From contig OZ244626.1 in the NCBI GenBank assembly GCA_965218495.1, positions 1,030,469 through 1,094,468 of the forward strand: 64,000 nt of DNA, read 5' to 3'. Both the position numbers and the translations under genes were made by a program. The DNA is from Rhodothermales bacterium. Lineage in GTDB: Bacteria; Bacteroidota; Rhodothermia; Rhodothermales; Bin80. This document shows, piece after piece, positions 37,237-46,356 of the stretch; within the stretch, counting starts at the first letter, position 1, and every line of letters begins with the position of its first letter. The notes under the pieces are model-generated. The model had not been told where the DNA came from. It searched no databases and worked only from the letters and a program-made list of their open reading frames with translations.

Positions 37237-38544
37237 CTAAACCGCCAAATCAATCTCTTTGGGGTAACAGACGTAGGACTTTTCGACGAAGTTGGTCAGT
37301 GCCTTTATAGCTGGAGTGTCTGCTATGTCCGAGAGCTCACATAGCTCTCCACGCTTGTTCACGATACGGATCGGCCCTTCCGAGCGCGCGTACGCTGCAT
37401 GACGCGCGCGGTCGGTCGTCAGGTAGTAGGTAGCGTCTTCAATGGCGCTTGGAGGAGTCGATAGACCCTGTGCACACAACACGTCCGCAACGCGTTCCTT
37501 CCATTCTTCTATTTTGTGCTCTGGCGGCGCGGCATCAAGAAATGTGCACCGAAACATGTTGCGCTGAAGAAAGCGCTGGGCGAGGTCGGCCAGAATCTTG
37601 TCCGGGCTGCCGACCCACGCCTTCAGACTGCCTAATACGTCTGTGTCGTCAAGACGAAGAAAGGCGTTCAGGACGCTCTTGTCAGCCAGATCAGATTCGT
37701 GTATGGCGCGCTCCAAAAAAAACCGCAGCGGCGGCATCATGCCAGCTACTGCATCGTCGTTTTCTTCCGCCAACCACTTGCGAGCTCGCCTGATAACGGA
37801 GTAGAGTAGCTGATCACCCGCGACCACGGCCTTGTGCAGGTAGACCTGCCAGTACATTAAGTGGCGAGCAATAAGCATGTTCTCGACGGCGTAGATGCCT
37901 TTCCACTCCACGGCGACATGCGAGCCCGAACCACCAGATGTCGGGTGCACACACATGGTGTGCAATATGCGCTCGAGACCGATACGGCCTTCAATCACGC
38001 CGGTGAGATGCGAATCACGACGCAGATAGTCCAGTCGATCCATATCCAGCTGACTAGTGATCAAGTCGTGGAAAAACGATCGCTCGTACGTACCGTTAAA
38101 CATACCCAGTGCCAAATCCAATGGCGGACCTACCTTATCTGCGATTGACTTGATAAGAATGCCACTTATGACCTCGTGCGGTGTTTTCTTGATCAACCGA
38201 AACTCAAGCGTGTGCGAAAACGGCGCATGCCCAATGTCGTGCAGAAGTGCTGCGGCCATCGCTGCTTGCCGCTCTTCCCTGGAGATTGGGGTACCTTTGC
38301 CCTTCAGGATGTCTAGCGCATCTTGCATGAGCGCCATGGCACCTGTGGCGTGCGTAAAACGCGAATGCTCTGCGCCGGGAAAGACCAGGAAGCCAACCCC
38401 CAGTTGCCGTATCCTTCGCAGCCGCTGCACGTGCGGAGTCTGCAGAAGCGGCAAGAGGACATCCCGCGGCACGCTGACAAAGCCGTGAACAGGATCAGAA
38501 AGATAGACGCTATCCGCAGCCCGCATCGTAGCTACGCTCGTCAA
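37237..38544 (-). CDS. HD-domain phosphohydrolase (COG1078 / dNTP triphosphohydrolase-like)
   Basis: HSRFTHATGA...AALLHDIGHAPFSH (H...HD...D metal site) and later RRDSHLTG. The approx 430-aa architecture resembles SAMHD1/EF1143-type HD proteins. Confidence 0.8.
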   Translation of the reverse strand: MTSVATMRAADSVYLSDPVHGFVSVPRDVLLPLLQTPHVQRLRRIRQLGVGFLVFPGAEHSRFTHATGAMALMQDALDILKGKGTPISREERQAAMAAALLHDIGHAPFSHTLEFRLIKKTPHEVISGILIKSIADKVGPPLDLALGMFNGTYERSFFHDLITSQLDMDRLDYLRRDSHLTGVIEGRIGLERILHTMCVHPTSGGSGSHVAVEWKGIYAVENMLIARHLMYWQVYLHKAVVAGDQLLYSVIRRARKWLAEENDDAVAGMMPPLRFFLERAIHESDLADKSVLNAFLRLDDTDVLGSLKAWVGSPDKILADLAQRFLQRNMFRCTFLDAAPPEHKIEEWKERVADVLCAQGLSTPPSAIEDATYYLTTDRARHAAYARSEGPIRIVNKRGELCELSDIADTPAIKALTNFVEKSYVCYPKEIDLAV

Positions 38545-38561
38545 ACCGACCCTGAATCACA

Positions 38562-39977
38562 ATGAGTATCCGATGCTGCATAGCGGTAGGTCTGAATTAT
38601 GCACCTAAGGTAACGTACGCCTTGCGCATGCTTCTGTTGCCCCTAGGCATTGATCCTGTCTGGGTGGCCGACGGCGAACTGCGTGACGGAGACCTTTACT
38701 ACGGTCCGCAAGACAAATCGCTAAGAAAGGGAGTGCTGTCCCTATCTTTTTCGCAGCAGGCAGAGGCCTATTTCGCCGCAGGCATCCCGTACCGTGCGGG
38801 AGACTCCTGCATACGCACTTGGGATGGCGAGTCTTGGCCTGTCCTGTTTTCCGGAGAGGAGCCAGGCAGCGATGACCTGGTGGCGTCCACCTTCTTTTGG
38901 CTCTCTGGCTGGCAGGAGCATGTAGTGCCGTTTCGGGACATCCATGCGCGCTTTTCGCATGGGGAGTCGCTTCAGCGCACCCTCGGCGTAACCGCTAGAC
39001 CGGTGGTAGACGCCTACCGCTCACGCCTTGCGTCACAGCTCCAGCGACATGGTGTACCAACCAATCTTCGCAGATGGGGTGGAGCAACCTGGGCCCTGTG
39101 CCCTACATTTGATGTCGACTACCTGGTGAAGTGGCGCAAGGGCATGATCTACCGCGAGGTGGTGGAATACCTCTTGCGCAACCTGCGATCTGAGTACCTG
39201 AGCGCGCGCGTTCGGCGATTTGGGCAGGTTCTGCGTGATACGTTGCGACAAGGCGATGTCTACCAAACCGCGCTCATGCGAATCCACCAAACGATCAAGC
39301 ACCACGGCACTGGAACGTTTTTTTTTAAGGCGGCAGCGCATGGACCACGGGACGTACACTACAGTCTGCAGCACCCATTCCTGCGGAAGTTCGTAGCGAC
39401 TCTAGCAGAGGATGGATTCGAGCTGGGTGTTCATCCGAGCTATCACGCGCACACGCACTTCGAGTACATGTTGGCCGAGCGGGAGGCTGTAGCGAAACTG
39501 GCAGGACGTCCACCGCTTAGTGTCCGGCAACACTTCCTGCGCTACGAAGCGCCCATTACGCCAAGGCTTCAAGAACGGTTGGGCTACAAAATCGACTCAA
39601 CCTTGGGCTTTGCCGAACATGAAGGATTTCGCAATGGCACCTGTATGCCCTTTCTGCGATTTGACACCTCGGCCAACGCAGTTACCGGTGTGTGGGAAAT
39701 GCCGCTTGCCGTCATGGAGTCTGCACTCTTCAATCGTCGTGGGCTGGACTTGGCGGCCGCCAAGCAAGCTACCCGTGACATCCTGGCCCAATGCCGCCGA
39801 TTCGGCGGTGCCGCGGTAATACTCTGGCACACCGTACTCTGGGATGAGATGGACCACCCAGGCTGGGGTGAACATTTCCTCGAGACGTTAGCATGTGCGG
39901 CAGAGCAAATGGCGCAGGTGGCTTCACTTCAAGAGGCACTTTCTGCTTGGCTGGGCGGAACCGTCGCTGCTACTTAA
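38562..39977 (+). CDS. Hypothetical protein, possible polysaccharide-deacetylase-like (CE4-type) C-terminal domain
   Basis: 471-aa ORF. The segment TFDVDY...GTFFFKA...GFELGVHPSYHAH...VRQHFLRY resembles a deacetylase beta/alpha barrel with Asp/His motifs. The N-terminal half is unrecognised. Confidence 0.45.
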   Translation: MSIRCCIAVGLNYAPKVTYALRMLLLPLGIDPVWVADGELRDGDLYYGPQDKSLRKGVLSLSFSQQAEAYFAAGIPYRAGDSCIRTWDGESWPVLFSGEEPGSDDLVASTFFWLSGWQEHVVPFRDIHARFSHGESLQRTLGVTARPVVDAYRSRLASQLQRHGVPTNLRRWGGATWALCPTFDVDYLVKWRKGMIYREVVEYLLRNLRSEYLSARVRRFGQVLRDTLRQGDVYQTALMRIHQTIKHHGTGTFFFKAAAHGPRDVHYSLQHPFLRKFVATLAEDGFELGVHPSYHAHTHFEYMLAEREAVAKLAGRPPLSVRQHFLRYEAPITPRLQERLGYKIDSTLGFAEHEGFRNGTCMPFLRFDTSANAVTGVWEMPLAVMESALFNRRGLDLAAAKQATRDILAQCRRFGGAAVILWHTVLWDEMDHPGWGEHFLETLACAAEQMAQVASLQEALSAWLGGTVAAT

Positions 39978-40088
39978 GGTGGGAATGAAAGATTAGAGAC
40001 CATTCGCCAGTGGCCGAACACTATCGGTGCCATGCGTTAATATACCGAGCCAACAAGTAGTCAACAGGCTGCTCCCAAGACCATCACT

Positions 40089-42719
40089 ATGCCGTCCACG
40101 AGCATCCAGCGGGGCGAAACCCCGCTAATGAGACAATACTACCGACTCAAGTCGCAATATCCGGACCGGTTGCTACTGTTTCGGATGGGAGACTTCTACG
40201 AGACTTTCTCAGAAGATGCGCTCACGGCGAGCAGCGTATTGGGCATCGTCCTTTCCAAGCGTGCCAACGGCCGAGCCAACTCGGTGCCTTTAGCTGGATT
40301 CCCGCATCACGCAATCGACAAACACCTGCCGAAGCTAGTCCGGGCAGGCCTTCGCGTAGCCATCTGCGAACAGCTTGAGGACCCCAAGAAGACGCGCAAA
40401 CTCGTCAAGCGGGGCGTAGTCGAGGTTGTTTCACCGGGGGTTTCGTTGCACGACAACCTGCTTAGTCCCAAGCAGGTCAATTACCTTGCTGCGGTGCACT
40501 GGGCACAGGTAGGGCGGCAGTCCACTATTGTCGGCGTGGCCTATGTGGACGTTTCCACCGGAGAATTCGTGGTGACTGAATCTGAACCCGCGCAGCTTGA
40601 GAGCCTTCTCTATTCCATTGCTCCGAGCGAGATCTTAGTCGACAAGCGCCTGAAGAGCCGCTTGGAGGCTGTCCGCTTCACAGACTACATCACAACACCG
40701 CAGGAGGACTGGGTTTTCACGCGTGACTATTCCCGCGATGTGTTGCTACGCCACTTCGGTACGCACTCGCTGAAGGGCTTTGGCGTGGAATCGCTCCGCC
40801 ACGGCCTGGTTGCTGCAGGTGCAGTGCTGCATTACTTGGGCGAAGCGCAGCAAGGCCACCTGTCGCATATCAGGCGGATTGCGCCGCGCCCGGATAGTGG
40901 AAGCATGCGCCTTGATCCCCAGACCAAGGCAAACCTTTCGCTGGTGTCCTCCACGCAGGAGGGCAGGCAGGATGGTCCGTTAGTCCAGCTAATGGACCAA
41001 ACATGTACGGCCATGGGCGCCCGACTTCTTCGGCACTGGCTCGGAGCGCCGCTCTGCGAGGTCGATGCGATTCAAAAACGCCTGGATACCGTTGAGGCGC
41101 TGTTTGGCGATATACCTCTTCGAGAAAAGGTGATGGAGAGACTGCAGCCCATCTGCGATATGGAGCGGGTAGTGGCGCGCGTATGCACCGGCCGTGCGTC
41201 GCCACGCGATCTTGGAGCGTTGGCGCACTCTCTGGCGGGACTGCCAGGACTTAAAGTAATACTTAAAGAAGGTACCTCTAACATACTACGTACATTAGGC
41301 TCAGACCTTGATCCTTGTAGTAATACATGTAGATTGATAAAGCGCGCGCTAGTAGGAATCCCACCGACCTCCTTGAGGGAGGGTAACGTCTTCCGCGACG
41401 GGTACAATAAAAAGCTTGATCACCTGCGATCGCTTGCGCGTTCGGGCAAAGACTTTGTGGCCAAGATGCAGAAGGCCGAGATCGAGCGCACGGGCATCCC
41501 GTCACTGAAAGTGGGTTACAACAGGGTCTTCGGGTACTACCTCGAAATCACCAACGCCCACAAGGACAAGGTCCCGTCCAACTACATCCGCAAGCAGACG
41601 CTGGTCAATGCCGAACGGTACATCACCCCTGAGCTGAAGGAGTATGAGGACCAGATCCTGAACGCTGAAGACAAGCTGATCGATCTGGAGCGCGAGCTCT
41701 TTATGGAGCTGAGGGCCGATGTGGCACGCGATGCTACGGCACTGCAGAGCGCTGCGGCAATACTTGCGACACTTGATTGCTACTGTGCCTTCGCCGAGGC
41801 GGCCAGCAATCATGACTTTCGCCGACCCCTGATTGATGACTCACTGCGCCTGCATATCGAGGATGGACGCCACCCGGTGGTGGAACAGACCGTGGAAGTG
41901 TTCATCCCAAACACGGTAGAGCTGAACCCGGCGCAAGGCCAGATCTACGTGATCACCGGCCCCAACATGGCCGGCAAGAGCGTTGTGCTTCGCCAGACCG
42001 GTCTCATCGTGCTTCTAGCTCAGGCGGGTTCGTTTGTGCCGGCGCGAAGTGCGCATGTCGGCGTAGTGGACCGCATCTTCACGCGGGTAGGCGCTTCTGA
42101 CAATCTGGTAGCAGGGGAGAGCACATTTCTGGTGGAGATGAATGAGACCGCCAACATCTTGCACAACGCGACGCCACGGTCCCTAATCCTGCTTGACGAG
42201 GTAGGGCGCGGCACAAGCACCTTTGATGGGCTATCCATCGCGTGGGCTCTAGTTGAGCACCTTCACGAGGAGTCACGTGTGGCGGCGCGTACGCTTTTTG
42301 CTACGCACTTTCACGAGCTCAATGAGCTTGCGGAGCGTTTTTCCCGCGTGCGCAACTACCGGGTGCAGGTGCAGGAGCACGAAGGCAAGGTGGTGTTTCT
42401 TAGAAAACTGGTGCCCGGTGGAGCGGATCATTCCTACGGACTTGAGGTCGCACGCATGGCGGGCCTGCCAGGCTCGCTGTTGAAAAGGGCCAAGGAAATC
42501 CTGGTGCAGTTGGAACAGCAGCCGGCGCAGGAAGCGGTGGTGTCTGCGCCAAAGCCACAGGAGGATAAGGAGGCCAAAGGGATTCAGATGACGTTGTTTT
42601 CCTGGGATGCGGACAGCCAAGTGGCGGAAAGAGTGCGTGCGCTCGATCCGAACAACATGACGCCCATGCAGGCACTGGTAGCATTGGTAGAGCTGAAGGA
42701 GCTGGCGGAAAACGAGTAG
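40089..42719 (+). CDS. mutS: DNA mismatch repair protein MutS
   Basis: TPLMRQYYRLKSQYPDRLLLFRMGDFYETF mismatch-binding N-terminus. Walker A GPNMAGKS, LLDEVGRGTSTFDG and FATHFHEL. Confidence 0.95.
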   Translation: MPSTSIQRGETPLMRQYYRLKSQYPDRLLLFRMGDFYETFSEDALTASSVLGIVLSKRANGRANSVPLAGFPHHAIDKHLPKLVRAGLRVAICEQLEDPKKTRKLVKRGVVEVVSPGVSLHDNLLSPKQVNYLAAVHWAQVGRQSTIVGVAYVDVSTGEFVVTESEPAQLESLLYSIAPSEILVDKRLKSRLEAVRFTDYITTPQEDWVFTRDYSRDVLLRHFGTHSLKGFGVESLRHGLVAAGAVLHYLGEAQQGHLSHIRRIAPRPDSGSMRLDPQTKANLSLVSSTQEGRQDGPLVQLMDQTCTAMGARLLRHWLGAPLCEVDAIQKRLDTVEALFGDIPLREKVMERLQPICDMERVVARVCTGRASPRDLGALAHSLAGLPGLKVILKEGTSNILRTLGSDLDPCSNTCRLIKRALVGIPPTSLREGNVFRDGYNKKLDHLRSLARSGKDFVAKMQKAEIERTGIPSLKVGYNRVFGYYLEITNAHKDKVPSNYIRKQTLVNAERYITPELKEYEDQILNAEDKLIDLERELFMELRADVARDATALQSAAAILATLDCYCAFAEAASNHDFRRPLIDDSLRLHIEDGRHPVVEQTVEVFIPNTVELNPAQGQIYVITGPNMAGKSVVLRQTGLIVLLAQAGSFVPARSAHVGVVDRIFTRVGASDNLVAGESTFLVEMNETANILHNATPRSLILLDEVGRGTSTFDGLSIAWALVEHLHEESRVAARTLFATHFHELNELAERFSRVRNYRVQVQEHEGKVVFLRKLVPGGADHSYGLEVARMAGLPGSLLKRAKEILVQLEQQPAQEAVVSAPKPQEDKEAKGIQMTLFSWDADSQVAERVRALDPNNMTPMQALVALVELKELAENE

Positions 42720-43092
42720 CGACCCGGATCCACTGGCAATGAGTCAAGCTGGAGCGACCTCTGTGACTCTCGGTGGCGTGTTCCGTGGCACGTGCGCCAG
42801 CATTAAATCGCAAGTGAAAACAACTGCTGCTGGCGGCGACTGATGCCATTAGCGTACGTTGACTCAAGGGCCCGCCGATCGTGCTACGCGCTGAATTACC
42901 CACATGCAGTTGAGCAAATCGGACCCCCCGGCAACAAGGCGAGGCGTTTTGCAATCGGGTAGTATTGTACCTTGCAGCGTCGCCATATTGTGCACCTCGG
43001 TGGTTCTGTGGCGAGACTACCCTACGATCGGCCTATGCGTGGACGTATCGTTTGCCTGAGTGTTTGCAATAATTGATTCCAGAATGTGAGTC

Positions 43093-44370
43093 ATGCGGAT
43101 TTTGGTCGTAGGCAGCGGTGGGCGTGAGCACGCCTTCGGGTGGGCTCTAATGCGCGGCGGGTCTACGCTATACTTTGCTCCAGGCAATGCAGGCACGGCT
43201 GCAATTGGGCACAACGTACCGATCGGTGCTGGCGAAATTGAGGCATCAGTCGCATTCGCACGCGAAGAATCAATTGACCTTACCGTGGTGGGGCCAGAGG
43301 TGCCACTAGTAGACGGGATCGCCGATGCCTTTGAATCCGCGCGCCTGCGGGTAGTGGGTCCTTCGGCTGTTGCCGCCGAGATTGAGGGCAGCAAAGCGTT
43401 CGCCAAGAAATTCATGGCTCGGCGAGGGATTCCAACCGCGGCATTCAGGGTGTTTCCTGCGGACCAGCATGAGGAAGCTTGGGCATACGTGCAGGCTCAG
43501 GGTATGCCCATTGTTATAAAGGCAAGCGGACTGGCCGCAGGCAAGGGCGCGATGGTTTGCAGCACCCTGGACGAATCCAGAATCGCACTGGACCGGATGA
43601 TGAAGTCGCTGGATTTTGGCGACGCTGGGGCTGAAGTCGTCATAGAGGAGTGCATGGTGGGCGAAGAAGCGAGTGTATTCGCATTTACCGACGGGGATGA
43701 CTACGTATGCCTGTCGCCTGCACAGGATCACAAGCGTATTGGGGAGGGCGATACCGGTCCCAATACCGGCGGGATGGGAGCCTATGCACCTGCTCCGCTG
43801 GTGGACCATGCACTGCTAGCTCGCGTGCGTGCGGAAATCATAGAGCCGACTCTCGAAGGCTTGGCCAGCGAAGGGCGCGTGTACAGAGGCTGCCTGTATG
43901 CAGGAATCATGGTGACGGATTCAGGGCCGAAGGTCGTTGAGTTTAACTGCCGCCTTGGTGACCCGGAAGCGCAGGTCGTGCTGCCGCTCCTTGATGTCGA
44001 TGTCAAGGAATTGATGCTGTCGATTGCAGAGTGCAGGCTGAGCCGCCTGCGGGTCGCACTGTCCGCTGGTGCCGCGGCGTGCGTGGTGCTGGCCTCGAAA
44101 GGGTATCCTTCCAGTTACAAGAAAGGCTATACGATTGCCGGACTGGAAAGAGCAGGGGAGGAGGCTCTGGTGTTTCATGCGGGCACGCGCATGGATGACG
44201 CAGGGAGCGCCGTAACTGCTGGCGGACGCGTCTTGGGCGTAACGGGCCTCAGCAGCGATCTGCAGGGCGCCTTGGACCAGGCGTATTCTGCAGCGGACCA
44301 CATTCATTTTGAAGGCCTAACAATGCGACGCGACATCGGCCAGAAAGGCATTGCGCGCTTGGCGCTATGA
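43093..44370 (+). CDS. purD: Phosphoribosylamine-glycine ligase
   Basis: MRILVVGSGGREHA opening, an ATP-grasp core, and a C-terminal GGRVLGVT motif. Confidence 0.95.
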   Translation: MRILVVGSGGREHAFGWALMRGGSTLYFAPGNAGTAAIGHNVPIGAGEIEASVAFAREESIDLTVVGPEVPLVDGIADAFESARLRVVGPSAVAAEIEGSKAFAKKFMARRGIPTAAFRVFPADQHEEAWAYVQAQGMPIVIKASGLAAGKGAMVCSTLDESRIALDRMMKSLDFGDAGAEVVIEECMVGEEASVFAFTDGDDYVCLSPAQDHKRIGEGDTGPNTGGMGAYAPAPLVDHALLARVRAEIIEPTLEGLASEGRVYRGCLYAGIMVTDSGPKVVEFNCRLGDPEAQVVLPLLDVDVKELMLSIAECRLSRLRVALSAGAAACVVLASKGYPSSYKKGYTIAGLERAGEEALVFHAGTRMDDAGSAVTAGGRVLGVTGLSSDLQGALDQAYSAADHIHFEGLTMRRDIGQKGIARLAL

Positions 44371-45266
44371 GGTATCTCTTAGCCCCGCTAGTGATGCTCC
44401 TGGTGCCGACGGCGCAGGCACAGGACGGTGTAGTAACACTTGTGGACTACGAGGCGCTTGCGACCTTTACCGAGGCGTGTCGATTGGCAATTGACGCTCG
44501 CAACCGCTTGTATGTGGTGGATAAGGGCCGAGAGGTCGTGGTGCAGCTGGACGTTGAAGGTCAAGAGCTGGCACGATTGGGTGGACCGGGAGGTCGCGAC
44601 GGCGAGTTTGACGAGCCGCTGGACTTTGACCCGGGAGCCGGGCTCACCTGGCTGGTGGCCGACGCCGGCAATGGACGACTACAGCGGTTTTCCCAGACGT
44701 TCCTGCATCTGGAGACGCTGGCCGTGCCGCGCAAAGCGCACTTCGAGCCTGGCACTCCTGGCCGACTGGAGCCCCGAGATGACGTGCTGCAAAGTGGCTG
44801 GCCCGTGGCGGTAGCGCAGAGTCCAACCGGAGAAACATTCGCAATAGAGGCATACCAAAGCGTGGTGCTCAAGTGGGATAAGAGTCGGCGCCTGGAGCGC
44901 GCCATTGGAGGGTTTGGCTTGGGAGAAGCAACGCTTGAAGAGCCTGTAGCACTTGCCGTGAACACCGAACTGCTCTATGTGGCAGATCGAGGATCGCGCT
45001 CCATACTGGTATACGACCTATTTGGCGGCTACGTCCGTACGATGGCGCGCGGACTGGCAGAAGATGTACGCGCCTTAGTCCTCGACAGCAGCATGCTCTG
45101 GATCGTTCTGCCTTCACGCCTTTTGGTGATGGATGCCACAGGCCGGAAACTGTATGACATTCAGGTCCGCGAAGACCTGGACTTGGTCGATGCCGTGCCG
45201 CACGGCGGGGACATCTTCCTGCTGACGCCAACGCAACTCTTGCGCGTACGTAGCGAAGGCCGCTAA
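44367..45266 (+). CDS. Secreted NHL-repeat beta-propeller-like protein
   Basis: Signal peptide (LVMLLVPTAQAQ). Repeats of the type G..G.FD.P......LWVADAGNGRLQRF and LYVADRGSRSILVYD. Confidence 0.6.
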   Translation: MRYLLAPLVMLLVPTAQAQDGVVTLVDYEALATFTEACRLAIDARNRLYVVDKGREVVVQLDVEGQELARLGGPGGRDGEFDEPLDFDPGAGLTWLVADAGNGRLQRFSQTFLHLETLAVPRKAHFEPGTPGRLEPRDDVLQSGWPVAVAQSPTGETFAIEAYQSVVLKWDKSRRLERAIGGFGLGEATLEEPVALAVNTELLYVADRGSRSILVYDLFGGYVRTMARGLAEDVRALVLDSSMLWIVLPSRLLVMDATGRKLYDIQVREDLDLVDAVPHGGDIFLLTPTQLLRVRSEGR

Positions 45267-46199
45267 GCAGACTTGCGGCAGAGCGGTGGCCTGAACTGGC
45301 TATTGGTAGATGCTGTGCGCAACGCTTTCCAGGATCTTTGGCATCGCGAACCCGCTTGCCATGGGTGAAGCGATGTCGTGAGTACCTGCAGCAAGAATGG
45401 GACAGGGGCGGAGTATTCATGCGCTGCCAAGCTTTGGCGGGGCTGACGCGGCGCCAAAGGCTGGCTGCGCGCCCGGCTGGCATCCATATTGAATATACCT
45501 GGTCGCATGTTACTGCCGGCTCGTCCCTGTGTATCGGCTATGCAGTTGCAATCCGCACCTTGGCCGACGGGTTGTACGAGCACCCTTAATCAGGCCGAGT
45601 GGCTGGACAGCGTGTTGACACGCAGCACCCCAGGCTTCAACCCAGGCGGCCAACTCTGGGAGGCAGCGAAAGCAAGATGACCAGCGCCTCGCCGTCACTC
45701 CCAGTCATCCAGGCTGGAGGTCGCACGCTGGAGCTGATTCGAGATTGCTTCAATGCGGGAATGCGCTCGTGCCTCCTGTTTCATGGCCTGCGGCGGCTCC
45801 TGTGCACCCGGCAGTACGCATAAATAACGAAGTGCATATGTACAAGCCCGTCCGCGATACCTGTTTCGTGGTGACCTGCTGCTCCATTCTTCCGAATTTG
45901 GAGACTGGAAGCATTTTTGATGTCCCATGAGCCAAGAACATCTGCCTAGAATTGGCGTTTGCCCTACCGAACGTGCGTAGCAACACCGTAGCGTGTTGGT
46001 AACTGTCGCAGAATTCCGCATATTTGCGGCTCATTCCATTCGGATATGATGCAGCGAGAGATAGGCGAAATGGTTTTCCAGCGCGCGCCCGTGGGCGCGC
46101 CGAGGCGCCGACCCCTCCGCCCTCAGCGTCGACCTACTCCTTCTAATCTTCGGGTAATCGCCCCTGGTCGATCCTGACGCACATCGCAGACGCTGAGCG

Positions 46200-46215
46200 T
46201 GGCACGGGGTTGGCC
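46200..46215 (+). promoter_or_regulatory. Candidate sigma-54 (-24/-12) promoter upstream of ilvB
   Basis: TGGCACGGGGTTGGCC has GG and GC at the canonical 10-nt spacing (consensus TGGCACG-N4-TTGCW) with one mismatch in the -12 element. It lies about 143 nt upstream of the ilvB ATG. Confidence 0.2.
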
Positions 46216-46356
46216 AGACCTCGCGCCAATGCAGCTACCTACCTATACTTCAATCAGGTCCCAGCGTCATGGTACAGCGTTGCTTGCCACCACACTCTTG
46301 CCCAAGTCCGTGTGTCGGCGGTCATGACTCTCCACAAGCGCTAACCTCCGCTTCTT

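Noticed and set aside
27446-42719. mutL and mutS lying within 15 kb of each other with the RecQ/DprA cassette between them, considered as a functional DNA-repair super-cluster.
   Set aside because: The intervening genes (tilS, hpt, isomerase, HD, deacetylase-like) are unrelated, orientations differ, and the cassette has distinct composition. The adjacency is best explained by chance.
42720-43092. 373-nt mutS-purD spacer inspected for a purine or ZTP riboswitch ahead of purD.
   Set aside because: No purine-riboswitch junction core and no ZTP/pfl CCGCCUGGG-type motif is visible. An Rfam scan would be needed to exclude other RNAs.
46083-46100. GC-only inverted repeat gcgcgccc/gggcgcgc in the ilvB upstream region, considered as an attenuator or terminator.
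   Set aside because: Only 2 nt separate the arms, so the effective stem is shorter. No U-tract follows. I found no Ile/Val/Leu-rich leader peptide ORF nearby.
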